Shown here: in pieces, positions 17,303 through 26,911 of the stretch | Position numbering within the stretch: the first letter of the stretch is position 1 | Layout of the letters: the number at the start of each line of letters is the position of its first letter | IMG/VR virus record: IMGVR_UViG_3300036783_000204 | Span: 1 to 64,000 of that record | DNA from: a virus | Taxonomy: Duplodnaviria > Caudoviricetes | DNA: 64,000 nucleotides | Reading direction: 5' to 3' (one strand) | The notes under the pieces: generated by a model | Database searches by the model: none | What the model was told of the DNA's origin: nothing | The model's input: only the letters and a program-made list of their open reading frames with translations | Translations under genes and position numbers: made by a program

Positions 17303-17382
17303 CCCCGTGTGCAGTCGGCCGCGCCCGTCCAACTGGGACGGGCGTTGGCCGTCACCGCACGGTGAAACGGAAGGGAGACAAG

Positions 17383-17667
17383 GTGAGCGAGCGCTACGAA
17401 CGCCCGACGTTCGACAAGGACAAGCTTTTCACGTTCGACGGGGTCAAGATCACGGAAGGGCTCCGGGTGTGGGATCACAATCTGGACTCCGGGGCCGTGA
17501 CGTTCGCGGGGGTCCGCACGGACTCGGGCTACTGGGACGGCTGGTTTCACGTCGCTCTGGACAAGGGCGGCCGGTCCTACATGAACGCGGAGCGCGTCCG
17601 TACGCGTCACCACACGGACGGACGCAAGCCGCCAACAACGGAACACGCAACGGAAGGGAAGAAATGA
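17383..17667 (+). CDS. Hypothetical protein
   Basis: RBS ggaaggga, GTG. Confidence 0.65.
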   Translation: MSERYERPTFDKDKLFTFDGVKITEGLRVWDHNLDSGAVTFAGVRTDSGYWDGWFHVALDKGGRSYMNAERVRTRHHTDGRKPPTTEHATEGKK

Positions 17668-17993
17668 ACGAGACGACCACAAAGACGCTCACGGACATGC
17701 GCGAGGGGCTGTTCGCACTCGCGCGCGCCCAACGGGATGTCATCCCGCCGCCATCGGTCACGGCCGCGATGGTCACCGAATGGGCCGTGGCCCTTCGCAA
17801 GATCCTTAACGAGTGGGCCGAGGATGCGGAGCGCGCGACGGGTTCCAGGCCGGACGGATGGGACGTCACGGTCACCCACGAGGACGGTCACGTCGCAAAG
17901 GACGCGTGCTCGGATTTCGACACCATGAACGAGACTCTTTCGCGGCACGCCGGGAGCGAACACGGCGACATCACGCGAATCGTGATGGTTTGA
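17664..17993 (+). CDS. Hypothetical protein
   Basis: RBS, ATGA overlap. Confidence 0.65.
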   Translation: MNETTTKTLTDMREGLFALARAQRDVIPPPSVTAAMVTEWAVALRKILNEWAEDAERATGSRPDGWDVTVTHEDGHVAKDACSDFDTMNETLSRHAGSEHGDITRIVMV

Positions 17994-18132
17994 CCCGTGT
18001 GACCAACGGTAGGGACCGTCCCAACTGGACGGTTCCGGCCGTGGCCACACGGTCAAAGCTGAAAGGGGCTCCAGGGCCCCCAACTGAGCCGTACGGGACC
18101 GAACTCGAACGGCTAAATCGAAAGGTGAGCAC

Positions 18133-18369
18133 ATGACCACACCGGCAGAGGAACTGTCGTGTCTGCACGGACCGGAAGGGTGCACCGGCACCGTGAAGCC
18201 CCGGGAGCCACTGAGTGGAACCGGGAAGTCGTTCGACTGGTGCGACGGACACTGGGCGAAGCGGCTCGACATACAGGAACGGGTACGCCGTGACTACCCG
18301 GACTCGCCGGTCGCTCCGGCGTGGTTCGACCCGGCGAATGCCGGGGAACGGTGGGACGACGACTACTGA
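18133..18369 (+). CDS. Small Cys/His phage protein
   Basis: CLHGPEGC...WCDGHW...APAWFDPANAGERWDDDY. Confidence 0.75.
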   Translation: MTTPAEELSCLHGPEGCTGTVKPREPLSGTGKSFDWCDGHWAKRLDIQERVRRDYPDSPVAPAWFDPANAGERWDDDY

Positions 18370-18487
18370 TCCCCCAACTACCCCGCCCGCGTGATCAACG
18401 GTCGCGTACGGCCCCCCCTGGCGGGCCGTACGGGTGCCGTGACCGCACGGACAACCGTACGGCGACACGAAAGAAGGAAGAGACACC

Positions 18488-18679
18488 GTGAGCGAATTCC
18501 GAGTGCTTATCAAGACCGATAACGCGGCCTTCGAAGACGGCCGGGACGCCGAGCTGGCGCGCATCCTCCGGGAGATCGCCGACGGTCTGGACGAGGGGGT
18601 TTCGGCTGGCAACGTCCGCGACATCAACGGCAACACCGTGGGCGACTTCGGTGCGCGCATCGACGGCACCATGCCCTGA
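18488..18679 (+). CDS. Phage hypothetical protein
   Basis: TDNAAFE...ELARILREIAD...RDINGNTVG. Confidence 0.8.
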   Translation: MSEFRVLIKTDNAAFEDGRDAELARILREIADGLDEGVSAGNVRDINGNTVGDFGARIDGTMP

Positions 18680-18781
18680 TCTGTCCGTGTGACCGCTTTC
18701 GCGCCCGTCACCTGTGGACGGGTGCGGGCGTGGCTACACGGCCAACGAAAAGCAGCAGCCGAAGCAACGGGAGAGCAGACA

Positions 18782-19027
18782 ATGAGCGACACGCAGGAAA
18801 ACACCCGCTGGGTCGAGGTGTGGATCATCAATGACGGCGACTACCACGACCGCGCGCTTGAACTCGCGACGGACGGAGACACGGACGGACTTGGGGAATA
18901 CCTGACGGAGTCCCTGAAAGGCGCCCCTGAGGGGTCCGGCGCGTGGCACACGGCCCAGGAGATGTCTGACGCTGACTACGGCCGTGTGGACTGGAAAGAG
19001 ATCGCCGAGACCCTGACAGCCAAGTAA
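18782..19027 (+). CDS. Hypothetical protein
   Basis: WIINDGDYH...VDWKEIAE. Confidence 0.7.
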   Translation: MSDTQENTRWVEVWIINDGDYHDRALELATDGDTDGLGEYLTESLKGAPEGSGAWHTAQEMSDADYGRVDWKEIAETLTAK

Positions 19028-19036
19028 GGGGATCAC

Positions 19037-19573
19037 ATGTCCGACCACGCCATGCCGGACGTCGTGTGCGTCACGTGCCAGCAGCCGCTGAACCGGTTCC
19101 AACAGGACGGCGTCACAACCTGGCTTCACCCGAAGGCGAAGGAAGCCGACCACGAGGCAATCCCGATCCCCCGCGCGGAAGCTACACACGTGGTTTACGT
19201 GTGCGACTTCTGCGGAGGCGGAGACGTGCACTGGTCTTACCCTGTCGGCGGGGAGATTAAGACGATTACGGCAATGCCGAAGTTCAGCGAGGAGAAGGAA
19301 CGCAAGCAAGTTGCGAAGGACTGGGACGTGGAGCGGCACAAAGCGGCGCCTGCTCAGGAGCTTGGAGAGAACCGCTTCAGTGACCGCTGGGCTGCATGCG
19401 ACCCGTGCTCCGATCTCATCGAGCTGCGGGACATGGAACGGTTGATCACTCGCCTGCGGCGACTGGAACCGGCGAAGTTCGCCGTTCCGCCGGTCACGCG
19501 GACGCTGCTCCGCCAACACTTCGGCGAGTTCTTCCGGCTGGTACGCGACAGGGAGCCTATAGAGCCCGCGTGA
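19037..19573 (+). CDS. Cys-rich (CxxC x3) hypothetical protein
   Basis: CVTC, CDFC, WAACDPC. Confidence 0.7.
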   Translation: MSDHAMPDVVCVTCQQPLNRFQQDGVTTWLHPKAKEADHEAIPIPRAEATHVVYVCDFCGGGDVHWSYPVGGEIKTITAMPKFSEEKERKQVAKDWDVERHKAAPAQELGENRFSDRWAACDPCSDLIELRDMERLITRLRRLEPAKFAVPPVTRTLLRQHFGEFFRLVRDREPIEPA

Positions 19574-19657
19574 CCGCGTTCGCGGCCGACCCTTCGGGGT
19601 CGGCCGGGTTCGGGGCTACACGGCCAACTGAGAGCCCGGAAACTAGGAAGGGAAGAC

Positions 19658-19906
19658 ATGTACACCACCGCAGAGGGAACCATCGCCCGTCTCGACCGGC
19701 GGAAGGCCAGCACCAACGGGAACCCGCGCTACCGGGTGACCCTCGTGGGACAGGCGACCATCGACACGGAGACCGACGCGTCGGTCAACTACGCGATCGA
19801 CAACCCCGAGTACCGCGACGTGCCGGTCATTCTCACGCTGGAGCGGAGCAAGATCGTAGGCATTCGGACGGCCGACGGGGTGCACACCGACGGCCCGCAG
19901 GGCTAA
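19658..19906 (+). CDS. Hypothetical protein
   Basis: RBS ggaaggga; STNGNPRYRV. Confidence 0.75.
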   Translation: MYTTAEGTIARLDRRKASTNGNPRYRVTLVGQATIDTETDASVNYAIDNPEYRDVPVILTLERSKIVGIRTADGVHTDGPQG

Positions 19907-19995
19907 CCCGGTCCGTGCCGCGCTTGGTCCCGGCCGTCCCAACTGGACGGCCGGGTGCCATGGCAACACGGCCGAACAGAAGGAAGGAGGTACGG

Positions 19996-20778
19996 ATGTC
20001 GAGCACACTCGACCCGAAGCACGCGGAAGTGCTGCGGTGGCTGATCGAGGGGGAACCGGACCGCTACGCGGTGGCATCGCAGCTCCCCGACCAGGAGGGG
20101 CTGTACCACTACTCGACCCTCAAGGCGATGGAACGACGCGGCCTCGTCACCCTGCGCGGGATGAGCAACCACATGATCGGCACACCCCGAGGCACCCGGC
20201 AAGTCGCCACCATCACCGAGAAGGGAAGAGCGGTCGCGGCGAAGGAGGGAAGTGGCGACGATGCCAGCCCGGTCAAGGCGAGCGAGCCGCCTGCACCCGT
20301 TGTAACCAACGCAAAGAAGCAGGCGAGGAAGGCGGAGAAGTACCCCCGCGTCGTGTGCCCGTTGTGCGGGAACGACAGATTACTCAGGCATGACGGCACG
20401 TTCCCGAACCATCTGCGGGTCCGTACGGAGCCCGGGACGTGCAAGGGAACGGGCAAGACCCCGGCGGAGGCACTGGAGATGCGCGAGATGTCCAGCAGCG
20501 AGCTTGACTCGAATCGGCCACCGCTGACGGGCTTCGCGCCTGAAATCACGTGGACCAGAGGTAACCACGGGAGCCTTCGCGGCAGCGTGAACCGAATCCT
20601 GTTGTTCACCATCGGGTGGGGCATCACGCGGGACGAGGACGGCCCGTACAGCCTCACGACGACGCTGCCCGGCTTCAAGCCTCCGGTCTGGCGGTGCGCC
20701 AGCGAGGGGACGGCACGCGATAAGGCTGACCAGCTGCTCCGGGGGTTCATCGATCGCCTGACCAGCAAGGAAGCCTAG
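19996..20778 (+). CDS. Winged-helix-like plus Zn-finger-like hypothetical protein
   Basis: RBS aggagg; TLKAMERRGLV; CPLCG...H...C. Confidence 0.6.
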   Translation: MSSTLDPKHAEVLRWLIEGEPDRYAVASQLPDQEGLYHYSTLKAMERRGLVTLRGMSNHMIGTPRGTRQVATITEKGRAVAAKEGSGDDASPVKASEPPAPVVTNAKKQARKAEKYPRVVCPLCGNDRLLRHDGTFPNHLRVRTEPGTCKGTGKTPAEALEMREMSSSELDSNRPPLTGFAPEITWTRGNHGSLRGSVNRILLFTIGWGITRDEDGPYSLTTTLPGFKPPVWRCASEGTARDKADQLLRGFIDRLTSKEA

Positions 20779-20935
20779 GTGTCCTATAGCCCCCAACTGA
20801 GGCCGGTTTAGCCGGAACTGGTCGGGACAAGCAATAGGTGCCGGGCGAGCACGATCATCCGTGCCGACACAGTGGCGGGCGTCCAACTGACGTCCGTTGC
20901 TGCGGCGACACGGCCGACAGAGGAAGGGGAAGTAG

Positions 20936-21322
20936 ATGGCGCAAGACACCCGTAGCACCCACTACACGTGCGAGTGCGGATCGGGGAACTTCACGTGCTC
21001 GGACTGCGGTCGTTCGGACTTCGTGTTCCCGTTGCCCGAGGAACCGGCGACGCCGTTCAATGGACACCCGTTGATCGCGTCAGCTCCCACGAAGAACGGC
21101 GGTTTCGTCATCGTGGTCAAGTACGGCGACGAAAGCGTCGTCGCCGAGGCGCGGACGCTGACGGACCGGGAGTGGAGTAACGGGCACTACTGCCCCGAAC
21201 TCGACACCGCCATGCGGGACTTCGCCTCGCGCATTGCCAGCGGCTACAGGGAGCTGCCGCTGGCGAACCCGGAGGTTCAGGCCGTCACCGACACATGGAA
21301 CGCGAACAGGAAGACCACATGA
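20936..21322 (+). CDS. Hypothetical protein with N-terminal Zn ribbon
   Basis: CECG...CSDC; WSNGHY. Confidence 0.7.
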   Translation: MAQDTRSTHYTCECGSGNFTCSDCGRSDFVFPLPEEPATPFNGHPLIASAPTKNGGFVIVVKYGDESVVAEARTLTDREWSNGHYCPELDTAMRDFASRIASGYRELPLANPEVQAVTDTWNANRKTT

Positions 21323-21960
21323 GCGAGGACACCTACCCGCAGGCCCGGCAGCCCCGGCGCGACACCGGATGCCCGGCGTGCGGCGCAGACATCAAGCCGA
21401 CCACGAGCAAGGAGGTTTGGCCTCAGCACCCGATCGGCGGGGTCAAGGGAGCGGAAAGGTGCGGCCTGTCCGGGCACGGAATCAGCTACCAGACCGACGT
21501 GTACTTTCGGACGTTCTTCGACCGCGAGAACCCTGAGGGTTTCCCTGTGACCGGCCACCAGATCACGACTCAGCTGGAGGACATGGGTGACGCGATCGGC
21601 GTTATCAACCGGCTGGCAATTGCGTCGGGGTACGACGCGGGGCCGGGGCACCCGGTCGCCGAGATCACCTCGCGCATCGTCGAGGACGACTACCCGCGCC
21701 TTCGTGACGAGCTGGACCGGCACGCACGCAAACGCGGCTGGGTGAAGCAGCCGCCCCGGCCGTCGCGTGAGGCGTTCGTCGCGAAGGCGGCGCAGAACAT
21801 CGCCCGCGTCCACCACGACGGCATCAGCACCGGCCCGGACGTCACGGATGACGAGTGGCGGGACATCTGGGAGGTCGTGTTCACCGACTCAGTGCGCGCC
21901 CGGTACCACGACATGGCATCCGTTGCACTGGTCGGACTTCCGGCCCGCTGGTGGGCCTGA
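21319..21960 (+). CDS. Hypothetical protein
   Basis: ATGA coupling; CPACG. Confidence 0.65.
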   Translation: MSEDTYPQARQPRRDTGCPACGADIKPTTSKEVWPQHPIGGVKGAERCGLSGHGISYQTDVYFRTFFDRENPEGFPVTGHQITTQLEDMGDAIGVINRLAIASGYDAGPGHPVAEITSRIVEDDYPRLRDELDRHARKRGWVKQPPRPSREAFVAKAAQNIARVHHDGISTGPDVTDDEWRDIWEVVFTDSVRARYHDMASVALVGLPARWWA

Positions 21961-22060
21961 TCCGTGCCGCACATGGCCGCGTGCGTCCGATGTGGACGCC
22001 CGTAGGCCACGGCTGTTCGGCCGAAACCCTCTATATGTACCCAACTGGAAGGAAAATCCG

Positions 22061-22525
22061 ATGGAAAGATCAGAAGAAATGACAGGTGCCGTTCAGGTGC
22101 TGACACCCCCGGAAACCCGCGCGTGGCTGGTCCGGAAGGACGAGCGGGACGCGGTGATCGTCTCGGGTGAGGCCGGGATCTACCTGTACGAGCCGGGAAC
22201 CGTGCCGGTGAAGCTCGACGCGGTGGAGATGGAGGGGTGCGCCACCGAGGCCGAGGACGCGCAGGTGATCACGACGGCATCCGGCGTGGAAGCCGAGTAC
22301 GCCGGTGATGAACTGGTCACCATGGCGTCGCGGGATGCGGCGGAGGAGCTGGCGGTGGAGCAGCGGGACGCAGCCGAGGAGGCCGCCGAAGGTGCTCGGA
22401 AGAGGCTGGAGTCCCTGTTGGACAAGATCCGAGCCGCCCACGACACCGAGCCGAGCGGGCACGCTGGGCTCTTCCAGTGGTGCACGCATCCCGTGTGCGG
22501 AGCCGTTCGCGCACTGGCGAACTAA
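22061..22525 (+). CDS. Acidic coiled-coil hypothetical protein
   Basis: RBS ggaagga; C-terminal WCTHPVC. Confidence 0.65.
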   Translation: MERSEEMTGAVQVLTPPETRAWLVRKDERDAVIVSGEAGIYLYEPGTVPVKLDAVEMEGCATEAEDAQVITTASGVEAEYAGDELVTMASRDAAEELAVEQRDAAEEAAEGARKRLESLLDKIRAAHDTEPSGHAGLFQWCTHPVCGAVRALAN

Positions 22526-22569
22526 GGGAAACGGAGGGGCACTATGTCCCCGCGCGGGAGGGAGAAGGC

Positions 22570-23175
22570 GTGACGGTGCATGTGGAGCTGAACGGGGTCC
22601 TGGATGCGCAGCTGGAGGCCATCCAGGGCCCCCCGGAACTGGCGGCCGTAATCCGCGGCCGGAAGCGACGGAACCGGGGGCGCGGCGGGCACTCGACGGT
22701 GCTGGCTTTCCCCGTGCTCGAAGAGAGTTTGTCCGCGTTGGACGCGTTCCAAGACGTGCTGGCGAAGTGGTTCGCCGTCGCGACGAAGCAGGCGGCTAGT
22801 GCGCCGATGAAGAGGGGGCGCACTCCCGAACGGGTTGCCGTGCTGGCGGCCTCGCAGGCGCAGGCCGCTTGTCAGGATGCGCGGGATTCGCTGGCGCAGA
22901 CGCTCGCCGTCCTGGGCGACCCAGATGTCGTCGCGTTCCGGAAGATCCTCGGGGAACTGGGGGAGCTTCGGGCCCGGCGGCGCGGTCAACGCCGGGCGGC
23001 GGCCAGGCAAACGGGCCGGGAAATCGCGGCGTTAACTCGATTGAGGGACACCGCGATCCGGCATCTTGGCGGACGGCTAACGACCGCGCAACTCGGAGCG
23101 ATTACCGCGATGTCACTCTCGCAGCTCAGGCGCATCAAACTCACAGACGAGCCAGATCCCGTTCAGAGCGATTAG
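22570..23175 (+). CDS. Hypothetical protein with C-terminal HTH-like segment
   Basis: LTTAQLGAITAMSLSQLRRI. Confidence 0.55.
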   Translation: MTVHVELNGVLDAQLEAIQGPPELAAVIRGRKRRNRGRGGHSTVLAFPVLEESLSALDAFQDVLAKWFAVATKQAASAPMKRGRTPERVAVLAASQAQAACQDARDSLAQTLAVLGDPDVVAFRKILGELGELRARRRGQRRAAARQTGREIAALTRLRDTAIRHLGGRLTTAQLGAITAMSLSQLRRIKLTDEPDPVQSD

Positions 23176-23362
23176 AGCAAGGGGGACTTTGGCCATTGTC
23201 TCCGAATGGGTGGTCCTGGCCTGCAACTATCACTTTCTGTAGCCGTCAGAATCGCCCGAATGGCCTAGCGCGCCTCGGTTGTTTTTCCTGAGCGACCGGG
23301 GATAACGTCTCGCTTCAAGATCGAAACGCGATTAATCAGCAAACGACAGGATTGGAACCCCG

Positions 23363-23977
23363 ATGCACCCGAAGTCCCCCGTGAAGAGCGACCACGTGAT
23401 CCAGCGTGTCCACGAGGTCATCAAGGACCGGATCAACAGCCGTGGCCTGAACCCGCGCATCATCGGCCAGAAGATCGGTGTGTCCCACCAGACCGTCAGG
23501 AACGCCTTGTTCGTGACGACGTCTCCCGAGCCGGAGTCAACGCACGGCATCCGGTTGCAGCGGATATCTGCGCTCGCGGGCTGGAAGCCTGAGACCATCG
23601 CCGGACTGCTCAGCCAGGAGATCCTCATCGAGGACGTGCTGTCCGGGCTGTACGACGCCGACGCGCCGAAGCTTGAGGCGGTTCGTGCGGTGCAGGGACG
23701 CAAGGCGCCCCGGAAGGCCGCAGGCAAGGCCCCAGGGAAGGCGCTGGCACTGGCGTCGAGCGCGGCCCTGACGAGCGCTCAGGAGAAGGCCCCCGCGCCC
23801 AGCACGGTCGACGTCACCGTTCCGCACGGCTCCGGGCCGATCGCGAAGGCCGTCCGGGCAGATCGGGTCCGCGAGGTGGCCCTTCAGCAGGAGGTGCACC
23901 AGCTCCGCACGCTCGTCGATGCCTTGTGCGCCGAACTGGGCGTCAACCCGGCACAGATCATCGCGAAGGCCAACTGA
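23363..23977 (+). CDS. HTH-containing regulator-like protein
   Basis: IIGQKIGVSHQTVRNAL; low-GC upstream region. Confidence 0.6.
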   Translation: MHPKSPVKSDHVIQRVHEVIKDRINSRGLNPRIIGQKIGVSHQTVRNALFVTTSPEPESTHGIRLQRISALAGWKPETIAGLLSQEILIEDVLSGLYDADAPKLEAVRAVQGRKAPRKAAGKAPGKALALASSAALTSAQEKAPAPSTVDVTVPHGSGPIAKAVRADRVREVALQQEVHQLRTLVDALCAELGVNPAQIIAKAN

Positions 23978-24045
23978 CTCCCGCATCCTCGGTCCCCACC
24001 GAAGTTCACTTCCACGTCGTCGAATTCTCTTGCGAGGCAAACACG

Positions 24046-24297
24046 ATGGTTGACGGATTGGGGACACGGGCCAGAATCGAGCACAACGCGAAGGTGCGTG
24101 CCGTGCTCAAAGATTTGGAAGTGCCCGCCACTGTCAAGAGCGGACGTCAGGACACGAGGTTGACGGTCGTCTTTGGGTTCGAGCGGTCGCAGACGAAGAA
24201 GCTCATGGAGGCCCTGACGGTGATGCGCGGGGTCGCCGGAGTCATGCGCAAGGTCGTCGAGGGCCTGGAGACGATCCACATCACCTGGGAAAAATAG
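24046..24297 (+). CDS. Hypothetical protein
   Basis: ORF, high GC3. Confidence 0.5.
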   Translation: MVDGLGTRARIEHNAKVRAVLKDLEVPATVKSGRQDTRLTVVFGFERSQTKKLMEALTVMRGVAGVMRKVVEGLETIHITWEK

Positions 24298-24444
24298 CGC
24301 AGGAAGTACCAGCGCGAACGTTACCACCCTGCACTCCGGCCGCCCAGCGGGCGGCGCGCAGCTCACGCAGTGCCTTAGCAACGCGTGTGCATTCTTTCTC
24401 AATTACTCGCAGCGGGGGGCCCCGAACCGTAGGGAACCGCATTC

Positions 24445-24753
24445 GTGAGTGACCCATTGCTCGACAAGCTGGCCCCGACTGCGGCGCGACTCGCACGCTT
24501 GCGAGCCATCAAGGACGGCCAGGTCAGCGCTGTCCGCCAGGAGTACGTCCACAACGGCACCGTCACGTGGGTCTGGATTCCGGTAACACCCACTCCTGCC
24601 ACCGCCAACTGGCTATTGGAACCGCAGGTGCGTGGCCTGTGGGCTCCTGGGCAGAGACACCTGATCCACCTGACCCTTGAGGGACACAGCGTCCTGAAGA
24701 GATACGAGGAATATCCCGAGCTTCTCGGCACACAGGAAGGGAATGTCACATGA
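24445..24753 (+). CDS. Hypothetical protein
   Basis: Coupled to downstream gene. Confidence 0.5.
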   Translation: MSDPLLDKLAPTAARLARLRAIKDGQVSAVRQEYVHNGTVTWVWIPVTPTPATANWLLEPQVRGLWAPGQRHLIHLTLEGHSVLKRYEEYPELLGTQEGNVT

Positions 24754-25082
24754 CCAGCACGGAGAGACCGACACCGAAGGCCCCGCATTACACCCCGGGA
24801 GCCGTGACCTGGATTTTCGGCGGCCTATTCCTGGCCCTCGCCATGGTCGTGGGCCTCATTCCGGCGGAGGTGGGTCCGTCGTATGACGTGACGAGCTGCG
24901 GGAGCCCGCTGAACCACAGTGAACTGAGCGACGCGTCACTGGGCTCGTGCTCCTGGGCCTTACAGGGGCGAGAGAACTGGATGTGGGTCCTGCTGTTCGC
25001 CGGGGGCCTGGCCTTCGCTGTTGGCCTTCTCGCGGGCGCGATCCGGCACGCATGGGCGTCGATGGAGTGGGGTGAGGTGTGA
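24750..25082 (+). CDS. Two-TM membrane protein
   Basis: Two TM helices flanking a C...C loop. Confidence 0.7.
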   Translation: MTSTERPTPKAPHYTPGAVTWIFGGLFLALAMVVGLIPAEVGPSYDVTSCGSPLNHSELSDASLGSCSWALQGRENWMWVLLFAGGLAFAVGLLAGAIRHAWASMEWGEV

Positions 25083-25307
25083 AGGAGTCCTTGAGCGTCA
25101 CCACCCCGCGCCGCCGCTACCGGGTCGAGTCGGACGGCACGGTGCTCCGGCTGGACCCCGACGAGCCCGACTGGGTTCCCGACGACGGCCGCTACGGCCA
25201 AGAGGAACGCGTAGCCCTACCGAGGGCTTCGTAATTCCGGTGGCGCCCGACCGTCTCAGGGGGATGCCGGGCACCACCCCCTCCAACTGAAAGGCGAGCA
25301 CACGCAC

Positions 25308-26111
25308 GTGAGCACTCTCATCTCAACCCCAGCGCCGACGAAGGTCATCATGGCGGGTTGTTGGCACTGCAATTCCGGGTGGGCCAAGCACGTCATCGGC
25401 ATGGCCCCGGGCCTGCTGTCCGGCGAGGAACGCAAGGTCGTCCTCCATACCGGGGACTTCGGCTTCTGGCGGGGCATGCTGGGGCACAGCTACCTGACCA
25501 CCGTTTCCCACGCCTTGACCAAGGCTGACGCGGAGCTGTACTTCGTGGACGGGAACCATGAGCAGCATGACGACCTGCGGGCGCTGCGGACAGACGTCCA
25601 GCACGGGCCTGTGCCGATCCGTAGCCGCATCTTCTGGCTTCCCCGGGGAAGCCGGTGGCGCTGGCATGACCATGACTGGCTGGCCCTGGGCGGCGCCGTG
25701 TCGGTCGACCGCGGACAGCGCACGAAGGGGCTCAGCTGGTGGCCCGAAGAGGAGATCTCCGAGGCGGAGGCGGAGGCGGCGGCTGCTGCCGGAACGGCCG
25801 CCGTCATGGTGTGCCATGACTGCCCGTCGAGTGTGCCGCTGAAGCTGCCGAGGCCGCCGAAGATCTGGCGGCCCAGCGACCTGAAGCTGGCCGGACTCCA
25901 CCGAGAGCACCTCCAGACTGTCGTGGACGTCGTCCAGCCGAAACTGTTGGTGCACGGCCATTACCACCTGGAGCACGACACCACGGTCGACACCTCGTGG
26001 GGCGGGATGCGGGTGACGGGCCTGGACTGCGACGGGGGCCCCGGAGACAACGTGCGGGTCCTCGACACCCGGACGCTGGCATGGACCTACCCGAAGGGAA
26101 TCGCGGCGTGA
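25308..26111 (+). CDS. Calcineurin-like metallophosphoesterase
   Basis: HTGDFG, VDGNHE, CHDCP, HGHYH; motif I reads GCWHCN. Confidence 0.9.
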   Translation: MSTLISTPAPTKVIMAGCWHCNSGWAKHVIGMAPGLLSGEERKVVLHTGDFGFWRGMLGHSYLTTVSHALTKADAELYFVDGNHEQHDDLRALRTDVQHGPVPIRSRIFWLPRGSRWRWHDHDWLALGGAVSVDRGQRTKGLSWWPEEEISEAEAEAAAAAGTAAVMVCHDCPSSVPLKLPRPPKIWRPSDLKLAGLHREHLQTVVDVVQPKLLVHGHYHLEHDTTVDTSWGGMRVTGLDCDGGPGDNVRVLDTRTLAWTYPKGIAA

Positions 26112-26506
26112 AGGACACTCGGCCCAGGGTTTTGCACTGTTACCCGACGTCGGTCGCACCTTCGGCGTTAAGCGTTGAGCGCGCGTGCCACGACTGTGGG
26201 GCGGGAATCTGGGTATCGACGGGCATGATGCACCTGGTGGATACCCGCGCCGTTCGAGCGATGTGCCCTCCGTGTATCGCACGGCGCAGCAGCCAGATCG
26301 CGGCGTTCGAGGTGCACCCGGCGCAGACGGGCCAGCTCGCCGAAATGGGCCTCCTGGGCGAGGCTGACCAGATCGCGACCGTGTTCAACCAGGCATTGAG
26401 GTGCGGGGCACTGTTCCTGTGCCCTCGATGCGGCGAGGCATCCTTGCAGCTTGAGGGCGCCGAACAGGGTTACTGCGTCGCCTGTCTCGATTGGACGGTC
26501 GAATGA
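26108..26506 (+). CDS. Cys-rich hypothetical protein
   Basis: CHDC, CPPC, CPRC, CVAC. Confidence 0.65.
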   Translation: MKDTRPRVLHCYPTSVAPSALSVERACHDCGAGIWVSTGMMHLVDTRAVRAMCPPCIARRSSQIAAFEVHPAQTGQLAEMGLLGEADQIATVFNQALRCGALFLCPRCGEASLQLEGAEQGYCVACLDWTVE

Positions 26507-26820
26507 GCCAGCACGCGCCGGACACGATCACCCGCCGGGAGTGGTTGCGCCGGTGGGCCCAGATGCTGGGTTTGCCGCCCTGGATCACGGACGCAGCGAT
26601 CGCCACCACCGGGCGGCGGGCCTACTGGACGGAGCCGGTCGACCCGATGACCGGCGAGTCGCGTGCATTCCGGTGGGTTCGGCGGAACGAGGATAAGCCG
26701 CATCGGTGTCCTGAATGCCATCATGTGGTCACATGGAATCGCGCTCGGTATGCACCGCGTACGCGTTTGAAATGCGATTCATGCCGGGTGCAATGGCGTT
26801 CCGGGATGCGGGTTTGGTAG
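26503..26820 (+). CDS. Zn-ribbon hypothetical protein
   Basis: CPEC...CDSC. Confidence 0.6.
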   Translation: MSQHAPDTITRREWLRRWAQMLGLPPWITDAAIATTGRRAYWTEPVDPMTGESRAFRWVRRNEDKPHRCPECHHVVTWNRARYAPRTRLKCDSCRVQWRSGMRVW

Positions 26821-26911
26821 GCCGGTGAGAGGATGGGAATATACGTTCGATCCGTCCGCGAACCTCCCTTCGCTCCGGCGGAACCCAGCTCGATGACCGA
26901 GGAATTTCCCT

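Larger units (their letters stand above)
12873..22060 (+). repeat. Dispersed array of related intergenic 55-70 nt hairpins, each followed by a GGAAGG(GA) RBS
   Basis: Examples 13052-13105, 13364-13418, 13853-13905, 14291-14345, 17991-18055. Confidence 0.85.

Noticed and set aside
19396-19995. N-terminal extension of the 460-aa ORF 19396-20778
   Set aside because: Overlaps two better genes and two hairpins; strong RBS and ATG at 19996
12873-22060. CRISPR array
   Set aside because: Repeats are degenerate, spaced by whole genes of variable length, and no cas genes are present
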